This document shows positions 11,661 to 21,119 of a DNA stretch of 64,000 bases, one piece after another. The translations under genes were made by a program, and so were the position numbers. The first letter of the stretch is position 1, and each line of letters begins with the position of its first letter. The notes below the pieces were generated by a model, which saw only the letters and a list, made by a program, of their open reading frames with translations, was not told the DNA's origin and searched no databases. This DNA is from an uncultured delta proteobacterium (GTDB lineage Bacteria > Desulfobacterota > Desulfobacteria > Desulfobacterales > JAFDCJ01): assembly GCA_963769935.1 (NCBI GenBank), contig CAVYNY010000011.1:256001-320000 (forward strand), given 5' to 3'.

Positions 11661-13121
11661 ATGTCGGAAGAACCTCAATCGCCGTTGCAAATCCAACGGG
11701 CTCAGAAACCTGAATTTCTGACGAATACCAGATTTGATGAGTTTGATTTACATGCCGAAGTACTGGCCGGGCTAAACGATGCCGGGTTCGTGTACTGCAC
11801 TCCGATCCAGGCCCAAACACTGCCGATTTCCCTGACCGGCCGGGATGTTGCCGGGCAGGCCCAGACCGGCACCGGCAAAACGGCTGTTTTTCTCGTTACC
11901 CTTCTAAACCGGCTGTTGTCGAAACCGGAAAAAAGCACCGGTCTGCCCCTGGCCCTGATTGTTGCACCCACCCGGGAACTGTCTCATCAAATATATGAAG
12001 AAGCCAAAGTTCTTGCGCGTCACACCCGGCTTTCTATGGTGCAGGTGGTAGGCGGCGTGGATTATCTCAAGCAGGCTGAAATTCTTCGCCAGGGGGTCGA
12101 TATCGTCATCTGCACCCCGGGTCGCATTATCGACTACTATAAACAGGGAATTTTTAAAACTGAAAGCATCAAATCGCTGGTTATTGATGAAGCGGATCGT
12201 TTGCTGGATCTTGGTTTTGCCAAAGACATGCGCTATATTCTGCGCAAGCTTCCGCCCTATGACAAACGGCAGTCCATGTTGTTTTCAGCCACGCTTTCTT
12301 ATCGGGTTTTGGAACTTACTTATGAATATATGAACCTGCCCGAATTTATTTCCGTCACTCCGCAGACCGTGACCGTCGAAGGTATCGAGCAGTCGTTGTA
12401 TCATGTCGGCAGCGACAAGAAGGTTGCTCTCCTGCTGGGCCTTTTAAAGCGGGAGGAATGGAGCCGGATGCTCATATTTGTCAATACCAAGGCCGGCGTG
12501 GAAAACTTGACCTATAGACTGAAAGGCAATGGATGCCCGGCTGAGGGGATCACAGGGGATCTGCCCCAGCGAAAGCGGTTTCAGCTGATGGCGCAGTTTA
12601 AAAAAGGTCAAATCAAAATCCTGGTTGCAACGGATGTCGCTTCACGGGGCATTCATGTCGAGGATATCAGCCATGTGATAAACTATGATCTGCCCCAGGA
12701 CGCGGAAAACTATATTCACCGCATCGGCCGCACAGCGCGGGCCGGCAAAACCGGCAAGGCAATTTCTCTGGCATGTGAGAGATACGTATTTCATCTCGAG
12801 CAGGTGGAACAGATGCTGGACTACAAAATTCCGGTAATATGGCCCGATGAAGACTGGTACGTAGAAGATAAATCCAGACCGCTTCCCAGCAAAAGACGAA
12901 GCCGGCCGAAAAGAAGCGACCAGCGGCGCGACAGGGGGGCGGATAAAAAACAGCGGACCGGCCCCGCCGGCCCCGGCCCCAAACCCCAGAAAAGAAGAAA
13001 GCCTTCGCACTTTCCAGGCGCTTTTTTCGGCTTTGGACCAGGGCCGATAGAAGATGAAAAGACGGATGTGCGCCAGGAGCCTATCTCAAAAGCGCCTGAT
13101 ACCAAAACTGCGGACGCCTGA
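11661..13121 (+). CDS. rhlB: DEAD-box RNA helicase (RhlB-like)
   Basis: Q motif, AQTGTGKT, PTREL, DEAD, SAT, HRIGRTAR; basic C-terminal tail; start may be GTG 11649. Confidence 0.88.
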   Translation: MSEEPQSPLQIQRAQKPEFLTNTRFDEFDLHAEVLAGLNDAGFVYCTPIQAQTLPISLTGRDVAGQAQTGTGKTAVFLVTLLNRLLSKPEKSTGLPLALIVAPTRELSHQIYEEAKVLARHTRLSMVQVVGGVDYLKQAEILRQGVDIVICTPGRIIDYYKQGIFKTESIKSLVIDEADRLLDLGFAKDMRYILRKLPPYDKRQSMLFSATLSYRVLELTYEYMNLPEFISVTPQTVTVEGIEQSLYHVGSDKKVALLLGLLKREEWSRMLIFVNTKAGVENLTYRLKGNGCPAEGITGDLPQRKRFQLMAQFKKGQIKILVATDVASRGIHVEDISHVINYDLPQDAENYIHRIGRTARAGKTGKAISLACERYVFHLEQVEQMLDYKIPVIWPDEDWYVEDKSRPLPSKRRSRPKRSDQRRDRGADKKQRTGPAGPGPKPQKRRKPSHFPGAFFGFGPGPIEDEKTDVRQEPISKAPDTKTADA

Positions 13122-13280
13122 TGCGGAATTCTGTGCGTAAATCTCACCTGCGGCGTCGTGGTCGCTTTTTTAGAATTAACGTCGAACGCTGGTTCCTTGA
13201 ACGGTGAACGCTGAACCTTTGAACGCGTGCCAGCGGTATCCCCCTTGATAAAGTCCAATTTATTCCTTAAATTACCGAAC

Positions 13281-14027
13281 ATGGGACACGTCTTTGACTT
13301 CAATGAAGCTGTCGCTTACGAGCATTGGCTGAAAAAACCGCAATCTAAAAAAGCATTTGAACTCGAGACGCAATTGATGCGGGATTTGCTGCAACCCATG
13401 CGGGGCGAGACCGTGCTGGATATTGGTTGCGGTACCGGGGCCTGTCTGGTTGCGTTTCTTGAGATGGGCCTGCGGGTCACCGGTGTGGACCCGTCTACCT
13501 ACATGCTGGATATTGCTCTGAAAAAAATCAGCACCCGGGCGGATCTTTACCGCGGGTACGCCGAAGATTTGCCCTTTGATGACAATTCCTTCAGTTATGC
13601 CTGTCTTTTTACTACGCTGGAATTTGTCGAAGATCACCGCAAGGCGCTCGAAGAAGCATTTCGGGTGGCCAAGGACCGCGTCTTTATCGGAGTGTTGAAT
13701 CGCTACGCCATTAAAGGAATTCAACGGCGCGTCAAAGGAATATTCACGCCGACCATCTTCAATCATGCCAAGTTTTTCAGCGTCTGGGAACTTAAGCAAT
13801 TAATCCGGGATATTATCGGAGATACGCCGGTGTCATGGCGCACGGTGTGCCAGCTGCCGTCGAATTCGGGCCATTTTGTCAACAGCCTGGAACAGTCTAA
13901 AATTATCCAGCGTTGTCCGTTCGGAGCCTTTGCCGGGATCGTGGTAACCCTGGTGCCCCGGTTTAGAACGCGGCCGCTTACCATGCGATACCAGGCCAAA
14001 AATCCGGGCGAGGTTGCGACCGGGTAA
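13281..14027 (+). CDS. Class I SAM-dependent methyltransferase
   Basis: VLDIGCGTG and AEDLPFDDNSF motifs. Confidence 0.88.
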   Translation: MGHVFDFNEAVAYEHWLKKPQSKKAFELETQLMRDLLQPMRGETVLDIGCGTGACLVAFLEMGLRVTGVDPSTYMLDIALKKISTRADLYRGYAEDLPFDDNSFSYACLFTTLEFVEDHRKALEEAFRVAKDRVFIGVLNRYAIKGIQRRVKGIFTPTIFNHAKFFSVWELKQLIRDIIGDTPVSWRTVCQLPSNSGHFVNSLEQSKIIQRCPFGAFAGIVVTLVPRFRTRPLTMRYQAKNPGEVATG

Positions 14028-14269
14028 GATGGGATTGGATATGAATATTGAAGATTGAAGATTGAAGATTGAAGATTTGTGGATGTCGCTTCGCTCCGTC
14101 ATTTTTATAATCGTTTTCTTTAAATAGATACGCCAAGGCGCGGAGACAACTGTTAATTTTAAAATAGAAAGAATTCCTTAATTATTCAATCTGCAGTATT
14201 CAATATTCATTTATTACAGCTTCGATTCCTGATTCCTCAAACTTTAAATCAAAATGGAGTTTTACCACC

Positions 14270-15283
14270 ATGGAAGCTTACCTGTATGAAACCCTGGAGG
14301 ATAAAAAGGTCAAATGCAACCTTTGCAGTCACCGTTGTGTGATTAAAGACGGCCGCCGGGGAATTTGCGGGGTGCGTCAAAATGAGAACGGCATCCTGAA
14401 AACCCTGGTTTACGGCAACCTCATCGCCCGTCATATCGATCCTATTGAGAAAAAGCCCCTGTTTCATTTTTTGCCCGGAACCCATTCTTATTCCATTGCC
14501 ACCGTCGGCTGCAACTTTCGCTGCCGCTTCTGTCAGAATGCCGATATTGCCCAGATGCCTGCCGACCACAAGGGCCTGATTATGGGTGACACCTACACCC
14601 CGCAGGAAGTGGTGGATGCGGCGGAAAAGGCCGGCTGCCGCAGTATCTCCTACACCTATACCGAGCCCACGGTCTTTTTTGAATTTGCTTACGAGACTGC
14701 CAAGCTGGCTCACGATCGGGGAATTCGCAACGTATTTGTCACCAACGGGTACATGACCGCCGAAGCGCTGGAGATGATTCATCCCTATCTGGATGCCGCC
14801 AACGTCGATTTGAAGGCTTTTTCGGACAAGTACTACAAAGAGATTTGCGGCGCCGGCCTGCAGCATGTGCAAGCCACCCTGAAATTAATGAAATCGCGCG
14901 GCATCTTTGTGGAGGTGACCACCCTGATCGTTCCGGGATTGAATGACGACGCGGCGGAGTTAAAAGGACTGGCTGAATTTATCGCCCAAGACCTGGGCGT
15001 TGGAACCCCTTGGCATATCAGTCGATTCCATCCCACCTACAAGCTGATTGACCGCCCCCCCACACCGGTTAAGACCCTCATAAAGGCCCGGAAAATAGGT
15101 CTGAAAGCCGGCTTGAGATATGTGTATACCGGCAATGTCCCCGGCGATGCCGCAGAAAATACCTTTTGCTACAGCTGCGGGGAGAAGGTGATCGAGCGTT
15201 GGGGCTTTCAGGTAGGAAAGCTGAGGATTAAAAACGGCCAATGTGAGAAATGCGGCGCGCAAATCGACGGAGTGTGGGAATAG
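14270..15283 (+). CDS. amrS: AmmeMemoRadiSam system radical SAM enzyme
   Basis: DPIEKKPLFHF, CNFRCRFCQN, YTYTEP, HISRFHP, C-terminal CxxC pairs. Confidence 0.92.
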   Translation: MEAYLYETLEDKKVKCNLCSHRCVIKDGRRGICGVRQNENGILKTLVYGNLIARHIDPIEKKPLFHFLPGTHSYSIATVGCNFRCRFCQNADIAQMPADHKGLIMGDTYTPQEVVDAAEKAGCRSISYTYTEPTVFFEFAYETAKLAHDRGIRNVFVTNGYMTAEALEMIHPYLDAANVDLKAFSDKYYKEICGAGLQHVQATLKLMKSRGIFVEVTTLIVPGLNDDAAELKGLAEFIAQDLGVGTPWHISRFHPTYKLIDRPPTPVKTLIKARKIGLKAGLRYVYTGNVPGDAAENTFCYSCGEKVIERWGFQVGKLRIKNGQCEKCGAQIDGVWE

Positions 15284-15338
15284 CCGCCCTTCGAGCGGCG
15301 GGTTCAGGGTTTTATGTTCAGAGTTCAACGGTTTAAAT

Positions 15339-16496
15339 TTACGAGCTGTGAGCTTTTGCAGGTATTCGGATCAGCTGGATCGCGCAAAGCGACACCAAGG
15401 CCATCATGGCTCCGCCGAAAAATGGTATGCGGTAGTCGACCATCCACAGCACGCCGCCTAAAGCCGGCAAAAAAACTGCGGCAATATGATTGATGGTGAA
15501 ACCGACTGCCATGCTCGGGGCAATGTCTCTGCGGTCGCCCACCTTTTGGAAATAGGTGCGAATGGCAATGGCAAAGTTAAAAAATATGTGATCCAGAATA
15601 TAGAGGGCGGCAATCAGCAGCTTGGATGTTGTGGTGGCATAAGCCAGAAAAATGAGAATCAGACTGAAATATTCCAGCGATAAAACTTTTCTCTCGCCAA
15701 AGCGTATAATGCTTCTTCCGATCAAAGGGCTCAGATAATAATTGATGGCATTGTTGATGACAAATAGAATTGTGATTTCTTGAACGGAGTATTTGAATTT
15801 CTGCACCATCAGCAAAACGGCAAATGCCATAAAAATCTGGCGCCGGGCCCCGGCCATGAAAGTCAGAAAATAAAAGAGCCAGTATTTTTTGCGCAGAATC
15901 ATTTTTTTGTGTTGCGGGATCAGCGTCTTGTCTGAAGGGTCCTGCAGCAATCCCCAGAACCCCGCGACGAAAGTCAGACCGCCAATCAGCAGGTAGATCC
16001 CGGCAAAATTCATTACAAACGCTGCAAAATAAATCAAAATTCCGACTGCGATGTTGGATGCCGCCGCAAAACTGCGTTGTTTGCCGAAAACCCAGGGTGA
16101 TGTTCCCTGATCGAAGTACTGAAGCGTCAGGGACATGTTGGTAGTTTCAAAATAATGAAAACCGAAGCTCATCACCAGGGTGGTTGTCATCAATCCGGCA
16201 TAGGATGGAAACCAACCGGTAATTGCCAGACCGAGACCCAGAATTAAAATCGAAAGGGCCGAAAGGCGATGCTCTTTGATGAACATGATTACGAAGACGG
16301 CCAACAGCGCCAGAAATCCCGGAATTTCTCTGACGGATTGTATCATTCCAATTTGATTTCCGCCCAGCCCGGCGACATCAACAGCAAAATTGTTAAACAA
16401 CGTGAGCCAGGTCTGCAACCCCATGGTTGAACAGATTGTAAACACAATCAGGTATCGGTACATGGGATCTTTTTTTGCTTTTTCGATATGAATCAT
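15339..16496 (-). CDS. MFS transporter
   Basis: About 12 hydrophobic segments; SVREIPGFLAL motif. Confidence 0.85.
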   Translation of the reverse strand: MIHIEKAKKDPMYRYLIVFTICSTMGLQTWLTLFNNFAVDVAGLGGNQIGMIQSVREIPGFLALLAVFVIMFIKEHRLSALSILILGLGLAITGWFPSYAGLMTTTLVMSFGFHYFETTNMSLTLQYFDQGTSPWVFGKQRSFAAASNIAVGILIYFAAFVMNFAGIYLLIGGLTFVAGFWGLLQDPSDKTLIPQHKKMILRKKYWLFYFLTFMAGARRQIFMAFAVLLMVQKFKYSVQEITILFVINNAINYYLSPLIGRSIIRFGERKVLSLEYFSLILIFLAYATTTSKLLIAALYILDHIFFNFAIAIRTYFQKVGDRRDIAPSMAVGFTINHIAAVFLPALGGVLWMVDYRIPFFGGAMMALVSLCAIQLIRIPAKAHSS

Positions 16497-16537
16497 TTTC
16501 GGGTGCTTCGTTTATTTTAAGCTGTAATTTCAGTCAT

Positions 16538-16709
16538 GGTTCAAAATGATGAACCTCGGTATTAAGTCTATTTTCAATTACTTAAGATCCTATTCATGAG
16601 TCTGACCGACTGCGGTTCAAAATTTTGAATTTTACGCCATAGTAAAAAACTGCTTTAAAAACAAGTACTTTATCAAAATTTAACCCTCAAGGGTTAAAAA
16701 TTGTGAACC
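16538..16709 (+). promoter_or_regulatory. Three palindromic GGTTCA-N6-TGAACC sites (putative enhancer-binding-protein sites), unit 1
   Basis: GGTTCAAAATGATGAACC 16538, GGTTCAAAATTTTGAATT 16614, GGTTAAAAATTGTGAACC 16692; spaced 76-78 bp. Confidence 0.65.
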
Positions 16710-16837
16710 CAAACAGCGGTTCAACCGGTCTGCCGGCCACTATGAAAACGTCGCTTTTTTTTGGCATAAAATTATATCTTACTGAATTTAAATGGGATAT
16801 AAATATTTTTTCCTTGGCCGGCCTTTTTAATTCTAAT

Positions 16838-16854
16838 TTGGCAAGTTTATTGCA
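16838..16854 (+). promoter_or_regulatory. Sigma-54 (-24/-12) promoter, unit 1
   Basis: TTGGCAAGTTTATTGCA matches TGGCA-N6-TTGC with exact spacing. Confidence 0.75.
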
Positions 16855-16864
16855 GGATACTATG

Positions 16865-16939
16865 CCAGCCTAATAATTTGTTCATCTGTTCTCCTCCTTA
16901 ACGGCCGATTGGCTAGCCCCCAATCAGCCGTTTTTTTTT
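16865..16939 (+). ncRNA. Putative sigma-54-dependent small RNA, copy 1 (anti-SD CTCCTCCTT core plus intrinsic terminator)
   Basis: Starts about 12 nt after the -12 box; no ORF on this strand; ends in hairpin AACGGCCGATTGG/CCAATCAGCCGTT plus T-run; near-identical paralog downstream. Confidence 0.65.
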
Positions 16940-16965
16940 GATGATTGGCTGCGGAATTTAGCGGA

Positions 16966-17134
16966 AGTTCAAAACTTTGAACCTAATATAAATAGTAATT
17001 TAAGTTAGTTATAAGCTATTCCCTCAGACGGCAGGACCGGGTTCAAAATTTTGAACTTTAGGGACTAATAAGAAAATGCTTTAATAACAGAAGGTTTTCA
17101 AGTTTTGCCGGCAGCCGGTTAAAAATAATGAACC
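16966..17134 (+). promoter_or_regulatory. Three palindromic GGTTCA-N6-TGAACC sites, unit 2
   Basis: AGTTCAAAACTTTGAACC 16966, GGTTCAAAATTTTGAACT 17040, GGTTAAAAATAATGAACC 17117; spaced 74-77 bp. Confidence 0.65.
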
Positions 17135-17259
17135 CAAGCGCCGGTTCGAAAGCCTGCAGTTCTGCTTGGCGATGCGATCCGATCTTTTTTTAGATTTTTA
17201 ACTAATTGAATTATATAGGTATAATTAATATTTTAAATTTATTTATTTTTTTCTTCATT

Positions 17260-17276
17260 TTGGCAGATAATTTGCA
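17260..17276 (+). promoter_or_regulatory. Sigma-54 (-24/-12) promoter, unit 2
   Basis: TTGGCAGATAATTTGCA with exact spacing; 143 bp from the third palindrome versus 146 bp in unit 1. Confidence 0.75.
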
Positions 17277-17286
17277 TTAAAATATC

Positions 17287-17371
17287 ACTAAAGAAATAAA
17301 GCCTAATAATTTCTTCATCTGTTCTCCTCCTTAACGACTGATTGGCCAGCCCCCAATCAGTCGTTTTTTTT
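17287..17371 (+). ncRNA. Putative sigma-54-dependent small RNA, copy 2
   Basis: Same core as copy 1; terminator AACGACTGATTGG/CCAATCAGTCGTT with a compensatory change, plus T-run. Confidence 0.65.
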
Positions 17372-17506
17372 GTTTGAATTTTAAGAAGCTTTTGCTTAAA
17401 AAACATTTCTGGATGTGTTAAATTTTTTGTTATCGTCACATCTACTTAGCCAATCAACTGTTCAACCCGTCAGCGGATTTTGTATTTCAAGAACCAAGGA
17501 CCACGG

Positions 17507-18346
17507 ATGATTATCGATTGTCACACCCACATTTTCCCGGCAGATGTGCAACAGAACCGGGATCAATATTTTCAGGCAGAGCCGAACTTCAAACTATTAT
17601 ACCAGTCTCCCAAATCCAAGCTGATCGGGGCCACGGAACTGTTAAACGCCATGGATGAGCACGGGGTGGACAAATCGGTTATTTTCGGGTTCCCATGGTC
17701 CGATACCGATACTTATCGATTCCACAACGACTACATCATGGAAATAGTTCAAAAATATCCCCACCGGTTTATCGGCCTGGGATGTTTCGATCCGGCAGAT
17801 GTACAGGCTTTGGCTGAAACCGAACGGTGCCTGGCCGGAGGCCTTTCCGGCATCGGCGAACTGGCGTTTTATCGGTCCGGTATTGACGAATCCGCCCTGG
17901 AGCAGCTGGCTCCGATTATGAAGATCTGCTTAAATCGCGGCCTGCCGGTTTTAATTCATACCAATGAACCTGTGGGACATCACTATCACGGGAAAACTCC
18001 GATTACGCTGGCCCAGATTTACCAACTCATTAAACGATTCCCGGACAACAACATTATTTTGGCCCATTGGGGCGGCGGCCTGTTTTTTTATAGCCTGATG
18101 AAAAAGCAGGTTAAAGAAAGCCTTAAAAATGTCTATTTTGACACGGCCGCTTCTCCGTTTCTTTATGATGCCGCAGTATACCGCGTCGCCATTGAGCTGA
18201 CCGGCGCCGACAAAATCCTTTTCGGTACGGATTTTCCCCTGCTGCCGCCGGCAAGATATTTTAGCGAGATGGATCAGGCTGGATTAAGCCCAGCGGAGAT
18301 CGACCAAATTTGCGGTTTGAATGCGAAAGTGCTGCTTTCGCTTTAA
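17507..18346 (+). CDS. Amidohydrolase family protein (Amidohydro_2)
   Basis: IIDCHTH, GIGEL, IH, AHWGGG, FGTDFP. Confidence 0.88.
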   Translation: MIIDCHTHIFPADVQQNRDQYFQAEPNFKLLYQSPKSKLIGATELLNAMDEHGVDKSVIFGFPWSDTDTYRFHNDYIMEIVQKYPHRFIGLGCFDPADVQALAETERCLAGGLSGIGELAFYRSGIDESALEQLAPIMKICLNRGLPVLIHTNEPVGHHYHGKTPITLAQIYQLIKRFPDNNIILAHWGGGLFFYSLMKKQVKESLKNVYFDTAASPFLYDAAVYRVAIELTGADKILFGTDFPLLPPARYFSEMDQAGLSPAEIDQICGLNAKVLLSL

Positions 18347-18368
18347 TCTTTTATCAAGGAGGATCTTC

Positions 18369-19697
18369 ATGAACAAATCAGTGGTCGCCATCGTATCCTA
18401 CGATAAACCTAAAGAATCCGTGCGCCAAGCCGTCGAACTTTCCCGCGGTCTGGATCACCTGCCGGCCGGGGCCAAGGTGTTTATTAAGCCCAACATTGTC
18501 TTTTGGACCAAAGCCGTTCCCTTTCCCAAGTGGGGCGTTATCACCACCTCCCGGGTAGTGGAGGACATGATTGTGATTCTCAAGGAGCGCGGCATCGATG
18601 ACATTACCATCGGCGAAGGGACCGTTACCATGAATCCCAAAGACCTGACCACTCCGGCCCATGCTTTTGAAACCCTGGGTTACGGGAAATTGAAGCAAAA
18701 ATACGGCATTAAATACGTGAATATATTCGAACGGCCGTTTAAAAAGATGGATCTCGGCGACGGTGTCGAGCTCCGGTTCAATACCGATGTTCTGGCAAGC
18801 GATTTTGTAGTGGATCTGCCGGTAATGAAAGCCCACAATCAGACCGTGGTCAGTTTGGGCATCAAAAATTTAAAAGGACTGATCGACGTCTCCTCCCGCA
18901 AAAAATGCCACAATATGACACCCGGTAGGGATCTGCACTTCTGGGTGTCCAAACTGGCCGACCCAATGCCCCCAATTTTCACCCTTATCGACGGTATTTA
19001 TTCCAACGAACGGGGTCCCGGTCCGGACGGCAAATTGCGCCGGACCAATCTTCTGGTGGCATCGGCCGACATATTGTCGGCCGATCTGGTAGGTGCCGCA
19101 ATTCTGGGGTATCAACCCGAACAGGTGCCGCACCTGGTACATGCGGCCCAACACCGCGGTCGTCCCTGCGACCTTTCGGACATCGAGGTCGTTGGCGAAC
19201 GCATCGCAGACGTGAAACGGCCGCACGAATATGATTTCAGCTACAGTGAAACAGATGAAGTAATTCTCCCGACCCCGCTGGCAAAACAGGGAATTAAAGG
19301 TGTTTTTTATCACAAGTACGATTTATCAATGTGCACGTATTGTTCCGGTGTCAACGGTTTGATGATTTCTGCTATTCGGTTTGCCTGGAAGGGAAAACCC
19401 TTTGATGATGTGGAGATTCTCACCGGTAAATCCATGCAGCCGACACCCGGCAAGAAAAAAACGATTTTAATGGGCAAATGCATTTACCAGGCTCATAAAG
19501 ACAATCCTGCTATCCAGGAGGCCATACCCATCAAGGGTTGTCCGCCCAAACCCGAAGATATGCTGAAGGCCTTGCAAAAAGCCGGCATTGAAGCCGATCC
19601 GGGGCTGTTTGAAAACATCGATCATCTGCCCGGGTTTTATATGGAACGGTACCGGGACAGGCCCGAGTTTGATGAGGGGTTTTTTCAGATAAAGTAG
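18369..19697 (+). CDS. DUF362 domain protein (probable Fe-S protein)
   Basis: KVFIKPN, LPVMKAH, SLGIKNLKG, CTYC, KGCPP. Confidence 0.8.
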   Translation: MNKSVVAIVSYDKPKESVRQAVELSRGLDHLPAGAKVFIKPNIVFWTKAVPFPKWGVITTSRVVEDMIVILKERGIDDITIGEGTVTMNPKDLTTPAHAFETLGYGKLKQKYGIKYVNIFERPFKKMDLGDGVELRFNTDVLASDFVVDLPVMKAHNQTVVSLGIKNLKGLIDVSSRKKCHNMTPGRDLHFWVSKLADPMPPIFTLIDGIYSNERGPGPDGKLRRTNLLVASADILSADLVGAAILGYQPEQVPHLVHAAQHRGRPCDLSDIEVVGERIADVKRPHEYDFSYSETDEVILPTPLAKQGIKGVFYHKYDLSMCTYCSGVNGLMISAIRFAWKGKPFDDVEILTGKSMQPTPGKKKTILMGKCIYQAHKDNPAIQEAIPIKGCPPKPEDMLKALQKAGIEADPGLFENIDHLPGFYMERYRDRPEFDEGFFQIK

Positions 19698-19814
19698 GTT
19701 TCGAGATTCGGGTTTCAGCGACGCCTACGGCCGTCCGAACGGACAGTTCAATCGAAATGGAGATTTCGGTCGCGGTGATTCTCAAACAAGTTTAAAAAAT
19801 CACCTACCTATAAG

Positions 19815-20188
19815 ACCTCGTATGAAACTACATCTCACACAGAGCGCTCAGAGATCACAGAGGTCTGGGTTTACAGCCGCCTGCGGCGAAAGAAATCCGC
19901 CTCCGGCGGACTGCGGTCTCTGTGAGCTCTAACGAAGTGGGCGTGATATTAAATCCAACTGTGTCCGATTTCCAAAAGTTTCTTTGTTCGATCAGACTGG
20001 ACGTTCGCGGCCAGAGGCAGCGCTCATATGAAAATTCGTTTATAGCGACCGATTTCGTAGGGCGGGCTTACGTGCCCGCCGCAATGAGTCGGCACGGAGG
20101 CCGACCCTACGCCAGCGCCAAACCAAAGTTTCTTTTTTGATCAGAGCGGCCGTTGTTTTGGCCACCGGCGGTGCTGACACCTGAAACC
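19815..20188 (+). repeat. Modular intergenic repeat, copy A
   Basis: Shares ~56-bp and ~50-bp identical blocks with 31546-31789, and its ends with 38566-38785. Confidence 0.75.
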
Positions 20189-20206
20189 TGAAACCTCAAC
20201 CCTATC

Positions 20207-20890
20207 TTAGATCTTTACCTGCCTGAGTTCCTGCAGAATCGGCTCAATTCTTGCGCGGTGCTCGGGCGGCACCATCAATACCTGCAGCGGCTGATTGGCA
20301 ATCAATCCGTTGCCGGTGCAATGCAGTTTGCCGTTGCGGTACGCCTCACGGTTTTGCTCCATCGACATCGTCTGCAAAACATCCACCAGATTGCCGCTGC
20401 AGCCTTCGGCATCCACATGTTCGATGGTCTGCAAAATTACCGTGTTCACCGATAAGACCAAATCGTCCATTTCCGCATAGCCTTTTTCTCCGCAATGGCG
20501 GCGGGATACCAGGCAGCGGCATCCAAACGGACGCACTTCGTAGAGCGGGCACTGGTGATCCTGCAAAACAGGGCAGACCTGCCAGTTTTCGCTGCCGGTT
20601 TCCTCCGGTGGTTCGATGCCGTCGGCGCATAACCGCGCCAGGCGGTTGGTGGTGATTTGCGGTCGAAAACGATTTATTTCCGACGCGGAGCGAATCTTTT
20701 GGATGAACCCGGTGTCGGTGTCCGAGATCAGGCGGTCAATAATCTTATACCCTTCAAGGGTGGTCAGGATTACACCCGAAGTGCAGCAATGATCACAAAG
20801 TTTTTTACAGGCCAAATCCAGTGAGTCGGCGAATCTGTCATAGATAGAGTAGATCTGATCCAGTATTTTTAATTTTGAAGCAATTATCAT
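20207..20890 (-). CDS. YkgJ-like cysteine-cluster protein
   Basis: ACKKLCDHCC and CPVL..QCPLYEVRPFGCR motifs. Confidence 0.75.
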   Translation of the reverse strand: MIIASKLKILDQIYSIYDRFADSLDLACKKLCDHCCTSGVILTTLEGYKIIDRLISDTDTGFIQKIRSASEINRFRPQITTNRLARLCADGIEPPEETGSENWQVCPVLQDHQCPLYEVRPFGCRCLVSRRHCGEKGYAEMDDLVLSVNTVILQTIEHVDAEGCSGNLVDVLQTMSMEQNREAYRNGKLHCTGNGLIANQPLQVLMVPPEHRARIEPILQELRQVKI

Positions 20891-20982
20891 AATTATCTCC
20901 AAATTTATTTCTTTTTAAAATTGGGTTCCCTCATTGTAAGTTCTTAATTGTGATTTCAGTGCATATTAGTGAAAGGCAATTT

Positions 20983-21057
20983 TGCCACCAAGACCCTAAG
21001 TCACAAAGATAAATTTTATCCAGAAATATCACTTTGTGTCTTCGTGCCTTTGTGGCA
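20983..21057. repeat. Imperfect palindrome TGCCACCAAGAC...CTTTGTGGCA; second copy at ~43481-43554
   Basis: Inverted-repeat arms shared by the two loci. Confidence 0.6.
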
Positions 21058-21119
21058 ATTTTTCTCCGCCATACAAGGTGAACCCGACCTAAATTCTATC
21101 TATTAATCACGATCGAAAC

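Noticed and set aside
16538..17134. Regularly spaced palindromes as a CRISPR array
   Set aside because: Repeats are only 18 bp and degenerate, spacers are ~57-60 bp and homologous between the two units, and no cas genes are present; they fit protein-binding sites better
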